The translations under genes were made by a program, and so were the position numbers. Shown one piece after another: positions 1 through 19,204 of a stretch of 64,000 nt of DNA (position 1 is its first letter; every line of letters begins with the position of its first letter). Under the pieces are notes generated by a model. It saw only the letters and a program-made list of their open reading frames with translations. It made no database searches and was not told the DNA's origin. The stretch is taken from assembly GCF_009914755.1 (NCBI RefSeq), contig NC_060925.1. The stretch is one strand, 5' to 3'. Source of the DNA: the human T2T-CHM13v2.0 reference genome, Homo sapiens.

Positions 1-5551
<5,551 letters not shown>

Positions 5552-5714
5552 TTATTTATATACCAATAGGCTTTCACCGTTGATAACACAAGTCACATTT
5601 GTCAAGTGTTAACTATTCTGTTTTCTGCATCACAGCTATCTTGTGAGGTATAGTCTCTCTCTCTCAAATTAAGGTCTATATAACAACCACCACCACAACA
5701 ACAATCACACACCA

Positions 5715-5910
5715 AATATTTACTCAGTGCTCATAAGGGGCCACTCACTGCTCTATATGTTTTATATTTGTTACCTCTAATTCTCATAATCTTTGTATTA
5801 TTATGCTACCAAGTTTACAGGCATGTGAACTGAAGCATAGGGAGGTTAAATGACAAGCTTAGTTATTAGGTGACACAGTAGAGATTGTAACTCAGATCTG
5901 TTTGACATCA
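5715..5910 (-). mobile_element. MIR
   Basis: MIR core-like tttacaggcatgtgaactgaagcatagggaggttaaatgac and gagattgtaactcagatctgtttgac. Confidence 0.6.
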
Positions 5911-6306
5911 CATTTATTCCTTCCTAAATAGCTTCTATTTTTATGGACACAAATCTTACTAATTATGGATAACTGATGCTGGGATTAGGCATACAAACAA
6001 AAATGTAGTAGGCTAGCTAGAATGAATAAGCAAAATGTAAAATGTTTTTAACAGAAAATCAACATTATCATACTTAAAAACAGTTTGTCTAAGAAATAGG
6101 AAGTATTGATAGTTTTGTCTTAATTACTTAATAGGAATCCTTCTTATTTAAATCATTAATTCCTTGATATACAAATAGATCTTGTATAAATGAACAACAT
6201 AATTCATTCTAAGTATTCTTGGAATACTTTGAGAATCTTAGAATTCGTGGGAAGTCTTCTGTAAAGAACATGAAGAATAAACAAAACACTTTTAAAAGTT
6301 ATTATA

Positions 6307-6618
<312 letters not shown>

Positions 6619-6626
6619 ATTATAGT

Positions 6627-6965
<339 letters not shown>

Positions 6966-7859
6966 TTATATTCTTTTACCTAACTTCTATAATTTTTCCA
7001 GTGCCGCGGTTTATTTTTCGGTAAGGCCAACTAGAAGCTTGAATTGGTTATAAGAGTATTTTAACAGGTTTATCACATGCAAAGGCTTAAAAAATAGTTC
7101 ACTACTTTCTAAGTACACCAGACCTTTCTTTAGGGCAACAGTTGTTTCTTCTTTCTCTTTCCTTCCTAATTGTTTAAGATTTTAGCCTATTTTTTCCTGC
7201 TTTGTGAATTTTAAGTAGGACCTCAACAAATTTAAGAACTCCAGCTAGTCATTAATCGGTTGATAGTCTTGCCTATCTTTATTCATTAGTGAGTCTGCTT
7301 TTTCTTCTGCACATTTGTTAAAGTCCATTTGATCATTGAGCCTGTTTTTAACATGGTTTCCTTATGGTTTTGCTTTCCTAATCCGATTTTAAAGGTCTTC
7401 ATGTTATTTGAGAGTTGCTGAAAACCATGCTGCTCTTTCCTTGATGGTTTGGTAGTGAGCATGGATGAGCACAGCCTGCTGAACCCTGAGTTCTAATCTT
7501 ACGCCTGTAGCTAAGGAATTGGGGATGATTTGGACAAGTCAGTCAATCTTCTTTGTCTCCAGCTGCTCAAGTGTCAACTGTGGATAATATGACCTGTCTC
7601 AAAACCATGTCATGCGGTAATTACCAGCTTAGTGAAAAGATTGTATAGTGCAAGTATACACTTATAACATGTTTCTTATTATTTCCTGGTTACTTCAAAT
7701 ATTTCCTGTAGACTTCTCTATTTAACTGAAATGCAGCAATTAACAGCAAATCAATTCAACATCATTTTGGATTAAATAAGGCTTTGCATAATAATTTTAT
7801 ACATATTTACATTATGCATATTTCATTTCAAACTTACACCTAGCTACCATATTACACAA

Positions 7860-8108
7860 TAATAGCTTACATTAATTGAGCATTTACAATATGCCAGATA
7901 CTTTACTATGTCCTTTGTATGTTTTATCTTACTTTATCTTCACAGCAACTCTAAGAGGTAGGATATATCATCATTTCTACTTTACAATTGATAAAACTGA
8001 GACATAAAGAGTTCAAGTGATTTATCCAACATCCCACAGCTTATAGCTGATAGTAGGGTCTTGAACTCAAGCATTTTGAGTCCAGGACCTGCATTTATAC
8101 CCACTATT
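7860..8108 (-). mobile_element. MIR, near full length
   Basis: attgagcatttacaatatgccag...cacagcaactctaagaggtagg...aaactgagacataaagagttcaagtgattt...cttgaactcaagc. Confidence 0.8.
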
Positions 8109-8732
8109 ATAATTTACTACAAATCACTTATTTTATGGCTGGAGTTGTCATAGTGTGTTACGAAAAACATAACAGCTCAATATCCTTACGGCTTCCAAGC
8201 TTGAAGTAAAAATTAAAATATTTTAAAATCACCTGTTCAATATAAAATTTTTTCACTGACTAATTATTATAATTTCCCCAACATTATACACATATACAAA
8301 TGCCCACTCACCAAACACACCTGGCAAGGCCTTTGAAATGTGTATCCAAGCCTCAAAAACAGACAATGCTGTTCAAGGTGACACCATGAGAACAGGAACA
8401 TTCATGTGGCCTCTGCTTGAAAATTCCTGTCTCAGGATGCACACCACCTTAAAAGGCAGTTAATTCCATTTCCAAGCAACTCTAACCATTCAAAAAGCCT
8501 TAATTGCTGAATTAGCATGAAATGTTAAATTAACTGAAATTGGGCATGCATTCTGATTCTTGTTAGTCACAAGCTTTTTAGTTTAGTCACTTACCCAGAG
8601 TTTATTCCACCTCACCTAAATGGTTATAAAATGAAATATCCTAGTGATGGCAGTGACATAGGAAATACACTGTTACTAATTTCCTACATTATCTATTTAT
8701 CATCCATCTATACACAGTAGAAAGAGAGAGTT

Positions 8733-8768
<36 letters not shown>
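8733..8768. repeat. Compound microsatellite (TG)12(TA)6
   Basis: Read directly from the sequence. Confidence 0.95.
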
Positions 8769-8769
<1 letters not shown>

Positions 8770-10761
8770 GGTGTGGACTCTGAGCCAAACTATAGGTTTG
8801 AATCCCACTTTTACTCCATCCTAGCTGTGTGAACTTGAACACACTCTTTCACTACTTTTGGCCTTAGTTTCCTCAAAAAAAGAAAAAAAAAAGGAAAACA
8901 TCAAGTCAGAGAAGCTAGAACTCCAAAAAATATTAAAAATTAAAAATAAAAATATATTTAAAAAGTGGAACTAAGTCACAGAGTTGTTGTTGTAAGGCAT
9001 AAATAAATTTGATATTTGCACAGAAGAGTTCTAGGGAGATGTATTTTTAAATGTTTCCAAGGCTAACACAGGAAATGAAAGGTGCCAAAAAAGAAAGTTT
9101 ATTTTTTACAGTTTTAAGTAAACAGAAAAGAAAAATAAGAGCTTTAACATATATAAGAGTTTAAAGAGGAGTGATAAAAAATAAAAGTAAATGACTTCTG
9201 GAATGTAGTAAATACTATAAAGGTGTATACTATCTATCTAAATACTTTATCTATCTACCTATCAATCATCTATCTATCTAAATACTTATCTATCCATCCA
9301 AATAGACCTCTGACTTGTCCTTCCTCTGCCTTGATATGAAAATGATTTAAGATAACTCACCTGGTCCTACATTGTCTATACCTCAGGAGGGAAAGGAAAA
9401 CTATCCTGAGAAATTCTTGGAATATGACAGTGGTATAGTTTTTAAAATTCTCTGAACCACTTTATAAAAACACCCAGAGAAACTAAGGTGGCAAAACCAC
9501 AAACTCTTGTGCAACATATACAATGAAATCATGCACAAAGCATTTCTCCTCTCTTCTCCTTCTTTCCTTACCTCTTCCTTTCTTTCCCTTACCTTCCTGA
9601 TCAATACAGCTCTAAAGTCACTGGTCAGGCAGGGCAAGACAGGTGAGCACGAGCATTTGAGGAGCCATGAGGGCCCAGTGTGGGATGTCACAGCCTAAGC
9701 GGAGCAGAGCCAGAAGGATGTCTACATGGCCAGTGGCATGGTGTGGTATATCACGGTCCAAGTGGGAAGGGAAGACGTCCGTGGGTGATAAGGTCTGGCA
9801 AAGGACATCAGAGCTCAAGTAGGGTGAGAACAGTGTACTGTACTGGGGCATGAAAGGCACAGTTATTGGATTCCCTCTTAACTTCTTCTGTTAAATGAAT
9901 ACATGGGGTCAGATGTTGACTTTCCAAGTAGCAATGCTATCCTCTAGTCTCAACTATTCAAAACTGGAGTTAAAGTTCTCTGGGATCTTAAACCTCTCTG
10001 AGATAGACCTGGGACAGGTAAAACACTCTTGGCTTGGGCCCCACTGGATGTAAAGTCAATTACTATCTCTCATCTCCAGCTGCGTGTCTATCTCCTGTGA
10101 TTCCATTCTGTCCTGTTACTGTCCCTGTTCAGAGACTTAACATCCAACTGGTCCTACATATCTCTGTAATGTGCCTCTGTTTGATTTTTACCTCAAACTA
10201 TTTGGGATTTCTAACTCTCACAGCTATTTAATTCATGACATATTGCTGTCCAGATTCAGGTAAAGAAACTGATAGGAAACTGGCTTGTTAGTGTTTTAGT
10301 GTTTTATTTTGGCCCCGCCAGGAATAGTGTGGTCACTTGGTTTTAATGCCTATGCCTTTCTGCTGGACCTTCCTTGTCTCTTCCTACCAAAGGTGGTCAG
10401 AACCTTGGCAATCTCTCATCAGGTACCTGACTTAAAATCATCATCACTGGATTTTAAACACTTCAAGTTCATGGGTGCCAAATAAAATACCATTCTTCCC
10501 ATTTATTCTGTAATGGCTTCCTTTTTGTTTGTCACATGGCAATACTCGAACTGTATACTTCTTTTTTACTTCATTCAACAAATATCTGCTGGTAAAGAAA
10601 GCCTTGTGCTTGGAATTGAGGATTAAGCAGTGAACCATGCAAGGGTCTCGACCCCCACGGAACTTGCTTTCTAACAAGCAGGACAGAGGAACTATTAGTA
10701 GTGGCCAATGACACAACTGTTAATCACCACTTTATTATATGCTACAGAGGAAAAACACAGA

Positions 10762-10942
10762 CAGAGGTAGATCCAGATTTTGGGGAGCCTAATGCTTAAA
10801 TAATTTGGAAAACCCTCTTTAAGGAAAAAACAATAATCAAACATTGTAAACACAGAGTTAGGTACAGGGACTTGCAAGTGGCCCATGCAAGTAAATGCCC
10901 TGAAGCTTAAGCTTCATTAACTATCTGGTCAACTGGCCTCTG
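10762..10942 (+). mobile_element. MER53 (hAT-type non-autonomous DNA transposon) inside an L2 relic
   Basis: cagaggtagatccagattttgggg...gccctgaagcttaagcttcatta...gcctctg with CAGAGG/CCTCTG termini. Degenerate 8-bp TSD AACACAGA/AAGACAGG. Confidence 0.8.
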
Positions 10943-11242
10943 AAGACAGGGTCTTACAGAATAGGACAGGGAGGTTTAAACTACGTAGCCAGAGGCTCAG
11001 GACTGAGGAAGAGAGAACATTGCAGGCCAAGGGAACAGGAAAAGCTCTGAGTTGGGAACGTGTTGGAGGAGGAAAAGAAGGCAGCGGGATCTGGAATGCA
11101 GAAAACAGACCCACAGTGACAATGGGGAGAGGCAGGCAGGGCAGGGGCCAAGTAGCACTTAATGGTCAAGTTAAGGGTTCTGAAATTAGGAAAGATGGAA
11201 AGAATTTGGATTGGTTGAGAGCAAGAAGATTAGTGGAGCTAT

Positions 11243-11966
11243 TGTAGTTAAACTTGGTAATGATGCATTTTGGACCACAGCCAATTATACGCTTCCTCAA
11301 ATTTGATGGCCCTACTTGTCACCCAGGAATTTTGCCACTAGTTAAAGGGGAGCCCCAGTCCCTTTTGCTATCTTCACATCTCCTATAGTAACTGTCCGCT
11401 CTCACAGACTCCCTCCAGATGAGAGTGGGTTGTGTCACAACCTCCACTGAGCCTGTCAAAGTGAGAGCTCCAGGAGCACCAGTGCCCAGGCCCCATCAGG
11501 AGGCTCTGGCCTTCCCCTACAATTCTGGGTTTAGAAGAAGCATCACACCCCATGCTAGCAAATCTAGCTTCCCTAGCAGCTGCCCTGAAGGGGCAGGACA
11601 TGCAACTCAAAAGTTCAGAGGAAAGGAGAGCCCTACGGAGTGAAATGGGGCCAGTGAGAGACAGGAGACTGAAGGAGCCAGTAGACTCATTCCTTCCACT
11701 TCCTTTCCTAGAAAGTGATGAGAGAATGGGTGATTCTATCATCTTGTGAAATGATGTGCTATTCCCTGTCCCATATGACTGAGCAATTGGCTCCATTTCC
11801 TTGTGAAGTTGTGGCCAGCTCTGGAATGCACCATATTGCACTTGTTTTCCCTTCTTCCCATCTCATTTTTCTTTTCTCCTCAGTCTTACTGCTCTGAGAT
11901 TGTATACTTCAATAAAGCTTTTTCACATTAACTTTTACTCGGGCTCTATTTTCAAGGCTGATTACA
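11243..11966 (+). mobile_element. Old ERVL-class solo LTR (LTR40/LTR41-like; exact family uncertain)
   Basis: GC-richer island with TG...CA ends. The 3' part gtggccagct...ttcccttcttcccatctca...AATAAA...ctctatttt resembles the ends of the LTR16/33/40/41 group. Confidence 0.55.
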
Positions 11967-14184
11967 AATTACAAAAGAAATTGATTCAAGATCGACTACA
12001 CTGGATTAAAGATCCATTTACAAGTGAATATTGTGAACCTTCAGAAATGGCTCAGTTTGGCATATATCTGATTGCTCCCTATTACTCATCTTTGTTTTGG
12101 CTAGCCAGGGACTTTATACATAGTAGGTGTTTCATAAATCTTCTTTTGCATAGAATTGGAGTAGACTACCAAGGTTCCAGAAAAGCAAGAGAGCCTGTGA
12201 TCAGGTACCTGGATCAAGAAAACTAACTAGATTCTAACAATGCTACTAATTTGACACAAGCAGTAGAAACTTCTTTGTGGTGCTCAAAAACATGACAAAT
12301 TCAAACCAGGTTGAAGAATATAGAACATGAAATGCATGTGCATTCTAAGGCTCTACTGCTCCATATGTGTCATTTCTGTTTCAGATGAAGTAGTAAAAAG
12401 CTGATAGCAGGTTTCCTCAGCTCTCCATTGTGTAATTCAAGAATTAATCTGCCATAAAGACAGTTTTATAAACTTAAGGTTTAGTATACATCATCATCAC
12501 ATCACAGCATTAGCTAAACTTGAAACAGTTGGCATGCTAGAGTGTTGGTGTGGTGTCTCTGATTTCTTACATCCCTATATCACCACCCCAAAAGAAATGT
12601 ATATGTTAGGTAGTACAGTAATTTTGACTTGAATATGTTTTTGTTGGTTTGTTTTAATGTGGGTTTTTCCATTGTAAGGAAATCTGTTTTAACCGGTTTT
12701 GAAGCATATTCATAAAACCAAAACCAAATACTGATTCTACAAAACGTTATTGGGTGCCTACCATATGAGCTGTGATGAAATCATGCTGCTTAATGCTACC
12801 CTCCTAGAAGCTGTGAAGGCCTGCGGGATACTTCCTTCATATGATATCTCCTGGGCTAGTCCAGACTTAAGATTATAGTGAATATTTTTATTTTTTAATT
12901 GACATTATCATAACCTCTTGTTATGTAGACTGCTCTCCTATGGAGAGATTTTGCAGACTGTTTTGATTGAACAAAAGGCATACCTTTTCCTCCCTTCTTT
13001 CTTTTTTTTCTTTCTTCCTTTCTTTTTATTTATGTTTTTGCTACAGAGTAATTAGAAGGTGATATTAAATAAAACTGAAATTAAAGAAAAATATGAAATG
13101 TGAAAAATATCTTTAGGTTAGCTAGTTTGCTTATAATTAAAGGCTTTTGACTTATAAAAAGTAATGTTGTCTATTTAAAAATTAATGTCTAATATTGAAA
13201 AAAATAATTTTGAAAAGTATTTTGTTCTTACAGAAAGGCAGAGAAGCAAGCGGCATGATAAAGCCATTCATCATAGTCAGCTTAAAATTGGCAAAGCTCA
13301 TGCCAAGCATGGGCTCTGTGGAAGATTTCATGGTCAATTAGGTAAATACATGTATCAAATGAACCCAGCATGGAAGATCACGAGGCCAATTACTGATCAT
13401 GTTTAATTTCACCCCTCTAAGTCCCAGTAGTAATTTTTCCCTTCTCAGTTTTAAAATATCCAAATAAAATGTATAATCAACATTTTTGAACACTACAGAC
13501 AGCTTTGCAATATTTTATAATGTAGCGTCAATTAGTTCATTGGTATAGTTAGATTTAGTCTTCTACATTACTGAGAGGTTTTCAAGGAACCCCAGCTAAG
13601 ACTCTCCAGACTATTTTCCATGACAGCATGATGGACATAAGTGTATAATTTTAAGTATGTATTTTTCTATTTGAAATACAAATTTAAGGCACATGGTTAC
13701 TTGTTTGCATTTGTGCAGGATTCAATTTATATTATGGAAAACCTGCTGACTAGTGTTCCATTCAGGAGCATTCTGTCCCGCTCTTTTATGCATGTCTGTA
13801 TTCAAACTAGAATAGTATTAAATGAACCTTTTATACTTTAAATATTCAAGAGTTTTATATTCAAAATTTCTTCTCTTACTGTCAAACTAGTTTGCCTAAA
13901 GGCAAGGTAAGATCAAGTTAGACTCTCAAAGGTAGAATTAAATTTTATCATGGCATCCATCATAATATACAGTTTGCTTAACATGCAAATAAAGAGTGTA
14001 TGGATTCAGAGAATAAAGGATTTTTAGGTAGTGTGTGAAATCCAAGGGACCGCTTTTATAGAATAAATTCCTTTTAAATTTACATTTCCATCATTTTAAT
14101 GAAAACACAGGGTAAACAAATTATAATAGAAATGTTTTAAGTTACATTTTCAATTCAGTTTTACTTCTACTGTATTATTTCTCA

Positions 14185-14358
<174 letters not shown>

Positions 14359-14479
14359 TCAAGTAGTTATCCAGTTGTACACAAAGATATATTAATATTT
14401 ACATAAATTTATAATGGTAAACTATATTATAAAATTAGTTTTCAAACTGTGAAAAAATAAATCATTAGAAAATAGCAGG

Positions 14480-14715
14480 GTAAGATAGCAAAACACTGGA
14501 TGACATTTGGGGCTTTGGAATTACATTAGGAGATTTTCTCATTTACTATCTGTGAACACTTGGGCAAGTTACTTAACTTTTCTGATCCTCAGCATTCTCT
14601 TTTTCAAAATAGAGAGGATTTTACTGGCTTTGCCATCCTCTGAAAGTAGCAATGTAAATACATGCATGTACGTGAAGGGATTGTCTAATTATACAATGCC
14701 ATTAAAATGCTGTTT
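14480..14715 (+). mobile_element. MIR
   Basis: catttactatctgtgaacacttgggcaagttacttaactttt...cctcagcattctc core. Confidence 0.7.
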
Positions 14716-15061
14716 GTAATTACTGGTACAGTGAAAAGGTTTTAAGTGATGGAAAAGAAAAAAAATAGTGTCTCTTTCAAACATAACTCACTATAGTACA
14801 CATAATAATATCTTAAATATTCATAGTGCATTATAGTTTTAAATTTTATTATGTATTGATTATTTAACTACATTATTACAGAAATCCCATAATGGAGACT
14901 GTATAGAGTAGTAATTACCAATGCCTCCTCTGAAACTAGGATGTCCAGGTTAGAACCCTGACTCTGTCACTTACTTGTGGCCCTGAGCAAAGTATTTAGT
15001 TTCCTGATTGGTAAAATATGAATAATCGTGCCACTTATTAAGAAAAGTAATAACAGAAATT

Positions 15062-15374
15062 GGCCAGGCGTGGTGGCTCACGCTTGTAATCCCAATACTT
15101 TGGGAGGCAGAGGCGGGTGGATCACTTGAGGTCAGGAGTTCGAGACCAACCTGGCCAACATTGTAAAACCCCATCTCTACTAAAAATACAAAAATTAGCC
15201 AGGTGTGGTGGCGTGTGCCTGTAATTCCAGCTACTCGGGAGGCAGAGACAGGAGAATTGCTTGAACCAGGAGGTGGAAGTTGCAGTGAGCCAAGATTGCA
15301 CCACTGCACTCCAGCCTGGGCAACAGAGCGAGACTCTGTCTCAAAAAAAAAAAAAGAAAAAAAGAAAAAAAGAA
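15062..15374 (+). mobile_element. AluSz-like
   Basis: Full dimer with ggatcacttgaggtcagg. Flanking direct repeat AAGAAAAGTAATAA(C/A)AGAAATT at 15040-15061 / 15375-15396. Confidence 0.95.
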
Positions 15375-15399
15375 AAGAAAAGTAATAAAAGAAATTGCT

Positions 15400-15610
15400 A
15401 AGACTTACATAGCTCTTACAGTGTGCTTGGCACTGTTTCAATGGTTTTTACTTTATTAACTTATTTAATCATTCCCAATGTTATTCTCCCCACTTTATAG
15501 ATGAAGACGCCAAGGCAATGACACCTGACAGTCATATAGCTGATAAGGAACAGCGCCAGGACCCAGAGCCAGGCAGTGTGACTGAGCAAGAGTCTGTGCT
15601 TTTAACGACT
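15400..15610 (-). mobile_element. MIR
   Basis: ttattctccccactttatagatgaagacgccaaggc...acccagagccaggcagtgtgact. Confidence 0.65.
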
Positions 15611-15692
15611 AGGTTTTGCTAGCCCAAAGCACATACTTGATACACGTAAGTAATTATTTCCTACCATTATCATTTAAAGACTATGAGATTGA

Positions 15693-15991
15693 GGCTGGGT
15701 GCAGTAGCTCACGCCTGTAATCCCAGCACTTTGGGAGGCCAAAGCAGGAAGATCGCTTGAGCCCAGAAATTCATGACCAACCTGGGAAACAGAGCAATAC
15801 CTTGCCTCCACAAAAAAATAGAAAAATTAGCTGGGTGTGGTGCCCTGCCCCTGTAGTCCCAGCCACTCAGGAAGCTGAGATGGGAGGATCACTTGAATCC
15901 AGGTGTTCAAGGTTACAGGGAGGTATGATTGCATTACTGCACTCCGGCCTGGGCAACAGAGCGAGATTCTATCTCCATAAAATAAAAAAAT
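15693..15991 (+). mobile_element. AluJ
   Basis: J-type gatcgcttgagcccag and gggaggatcacttga. TSD AAAGACTA(T/A)GAGATTGA at 15676-15692 / 15992-16008. Confidence 0.93.
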
Positions 15992-16254
15992 AAAGACTAA
16001 GAGATTGAGACACAAAGAGTTTGTGCCAAGCTTAAAGTTGCAGAGTCTAGTGGTAAGAGTCCTCTAAAAGCCACTGTGCTCTCACTACATAGAGCTTTTT
16101 TATTTACTTTGAGAAAAAAAAAAAAACAGATATGCTGTAAAAGTCAGATAAACGTTTTCATCAGGAGAATAGAAAGTTGTGACCATATTGGAGAGAGTTC
16201 TAAAAACCAGGGAAAGAAGCATGTCTTTAAAGTTTTTTTTTTCTTTTTCTTTCT

Positions 16255-16368
16255 GGATAGACTATAAACACCATGAAAGCTGGAGCTGCTCTGCATTAGT
16301 CATCATCTATCTACAGTAACTAGCATGGTATTTGGCACGTATCAAAGACTGAAAGAATAAATGAATGA
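16255..16368 (+). mobile_element. L2 3' end
   Basis: tagactataaacaccatgaaag...tggcacgtatc...gaataaatgaatga. Confidence 0.6.
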
Positions 16369-17145
16369 GGTCACCAGAGGTTTAGGAGCAAGGGGTTGCA
16401 TTATCAGCTAACCCTTTTAAGAAGATTAAGTAGAAATGGATACCATAAGTTAGAGAAGTGAAAAATAAACAATTGAAAACTGCTGGCGATTATATGAGTA
16501 AGAGTGAAGAGTGATTAGGGCTGATGAAGGTATCTGTCTTGGTGATGAAAAAATAATCAGATATTAAAATACACAGGACTAGTCAACTAGAGAAGCAATT
16601 AAAAAGAAGGAAGCAAAAGATCTGAGACTCTGAATCAAAGCCACTGAGAAATTCGCAGACCATTAGTCACAAAAAGGTTGAACAACGTTCCGAAATATGG
16701 AAGCCAGAAGAAACAGCAATTTTGAATAGATTCCTTAGAGAGAGGAACAAAGAGAAGAAAGTAAAAGTAGATGATGGATAGAGAAGGAAAATTAAGCATG
16801 CCAAATTATTGTTCATTGAGTTTAGGATTCAATTTTTTTCGTCTAGTGAAACTACAGCTTTTCAGAATTGGGGAGAAAAATGTAAGAATGCTTGTTCCAT
16901 GGCCTTTTCCCTAGGGGCTAAAAAAGTGAGAAGTCATACTCCAAGCTTCATTTGCAAGTATAAAAGGGGCACCATGTAATTACACAGCTTCAGTTAGAGA
17001 TGCTTTCCGCCCTTTCCAAGTGATCTAAGAGCTCAGGGATGCTATGCCCTATTCTCCAGTTAGAAAAAAGATCAGGGAGAACTATCAAAGAGGGCACCAG
17101 ATCTTCCAGGACTAGACCTAATACCTCTTGGTGTAGGCATTCCTT

Positions 17146-17147
<2 letters not shown>

Positions 17148-17185
<38 letters not shown>

Positions 17186-17193
17186 AGAGAGAG
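17148..17193. repeat. A35 homopolymer followed by (GA)n
   Basis: Read directly. No adjacent Alu or L1 body. Confidence 0.95.
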
Positions 17194-17949
17194 ATTAAGG
17201 ACCTTATTTGAAAGGAAAAATCAACTGGGGAATGGGCAGAGCCCTGAGGCTTATTGCTAGAACTTCAAGGGCAGAGACAGATACAGAGATACAGACTGAA
17301 GAAGAAGAAAAAATTAGCTATTAGATACTAGTTACCCTGTGGCGAAACTGATAAGCAATATGCATAGATTTTTAGAAAATTTTTTTCTTAAAAAAAAAAA
17401 AACAAAATAAAACAATAACAACAACAACCACAAAACCCCCACCTCCTAACATAACAAAATAATCCCCCAATTCACATTCTCATGCAACTATGAAGTGGCT
17501 GCTCAATCAGCACAGTCACAGCATGTGCACCTCCCTCTCCAGCTCCCCTCTCAGGGTTCCACAGAGGACAAGAAAAACCTTTCTCGTGGGCTGAATCTAG
17601 CCAGGCAGATGGGTTGACCACAGAAATCCACAGCAGGGAAGCAAGGTTTAGCAGCCTTGACAGTAGGATAAGATATATCCTCTCAAGTAGGGACTAACAC
17701 TGTTTCTCTCTTTTACATGGCAATTTTAATTTTAACAGAGCTATTTTTGCTTCAAATTTATATTGACTGTGCCAGGTTGGTTAATTGTTCACCCTGTAGG
17801 TTGCTGAGAAGCATGAGGCACTACAATTGGACTTGATGAAGGGAAATAAATATCATACAGAGAGTTGTTCAGGACATTGCGAGAATCATGCCACTGAATG
17901 CTGGTGGGGCAGCCTCTGACTGGGGAGGGGTGACCACAGATGGGAGAGA

Positions 17950-18455
17950 TACATTATGGTAAGCAGTGGTTTCCATTGTATGCTCTGAGCAGCCAAGCAC
18001 TACCCTGTTCTCCTTTCCCTATCCATTGAAAGCAGACTCTATCTTCTTGCCCAGAAAGATGAGAAAGTATCCCCACCTGCACTGATCATAGGAATTAGGT
18101 ACTCTGCTTCTATCAAAATCCCTCAGTGGAACTGGGAAAGTTAAAACTTTTTTTTTTTTTCTCCTTGGTCACTAAACTGGAATGAAGTTTATTCAGAGCT
18201 GCTGTTGATCACTGATTCCTCATTTAACCACTTTCCAATCCCAAAGCTTACTACACTGGGAAAAAATAAAACAGAGACAGGAGAAAGTAGACAAACACAC
18301 AGGATGGAGAGAGATCCCCTTTGCAGCCACTTTTAAGGCTGGGTGCCTCACTAACATATCTGCATATTTAAACTAATAAATACCACACTTTGGCTTAAGG
18401 AAATTCTATTTTTACATTCTTGTTTCTATGATTTAACAGTCTTGACAATTACTAC
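17950..18455 (+). mobile_element. Old MaLR (MLT1-like) LTR remnant
   Basis: 3' end ctAATAAAtaccacactttggcttaag...cagtcttgacaattactaca resembles old MLT1 ends. Very diverged. Confidence 0.35.
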
Positions 18456-19204
18456 ATGCAAAACTAAAGTTGTCATGTTTTGAAGAAATTTTCAAAGCAA
18501 TTTTTTAAATCAATTAAATTTCAGGAAAAATGACTTTATATTTATTTTAAAAATGTGAAATGGTCTAAGGATTCTAAATATCCTTATCTAAAGCCAGAGG
18601 ATGGTTTGTGAAAATATGTGGTAGCATTCTATTTCTGAGAAATAAAGATGACCAAAAAATAATTTTACTTTTTATTAAAAGAGAAAGCAATTTTTAAAAG
18701 AGTCAGGCTAAAAGACATTAACAGTAAAAGGACACTGGACATAATTTAATATTTATTTGATAATTAGGAAGCCCTTCAGTATTTTGCTGTACTCCGTTTT
18801 TAATCAAGCAGGAGGGAACAGATTTTTTTTCCTAAGAAAAAAAACCAGAATGATGGATATTTTATATCGTGAAACATCATGCAATGTTATTAGAAATAAA
18901 TACCCAATGAAATATATTTTTAAATAAAAGCAACATTTTTCTATATCAATATTTCACTTAATTTATGCCATTTCTAGTGCTCAATTTTTATGGCTCATAT
19001 TTTAAAACATTATTGAATGAAGAGATAGTGAAACCCAGATGCTACACAGTATTTGAACTTTGTCTTCCCCCATCCTACAGTTTATGTTACACAGTCTGGT
19101 GGGAGATTCAATGTCACCTAATTGATTAATAAGCAAATTGAGCATCTAATATAAGAGGAATTAAATGGCACACAAAAAGGAGCTTGAGACATTGACTTAG
19201 CATT

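Noticed and set aside
9130-10030. Degenerate (CTAT)n patch and a G-rich stretch, possibly an old L1M/HAL1 piece
   Set aside because: Too diverged to assign by eye.
11383-11897. Overlapping ORFs up to 152 aa in a GC-richer island
   Set aside because: They lie within an ERVL-like LTR, resemble no protein I recognise, and have no convincing splice-site pair. Higher GC explains the lack of stops.
14971-16015. Alu-spanning ORFs (also at 6.2-7.0, 33.2, 37.4, 41.7 and 45.2 kb)
   Set aside because: Typical Alu translation artefacts (e.g. [20 protein letters not shown]).
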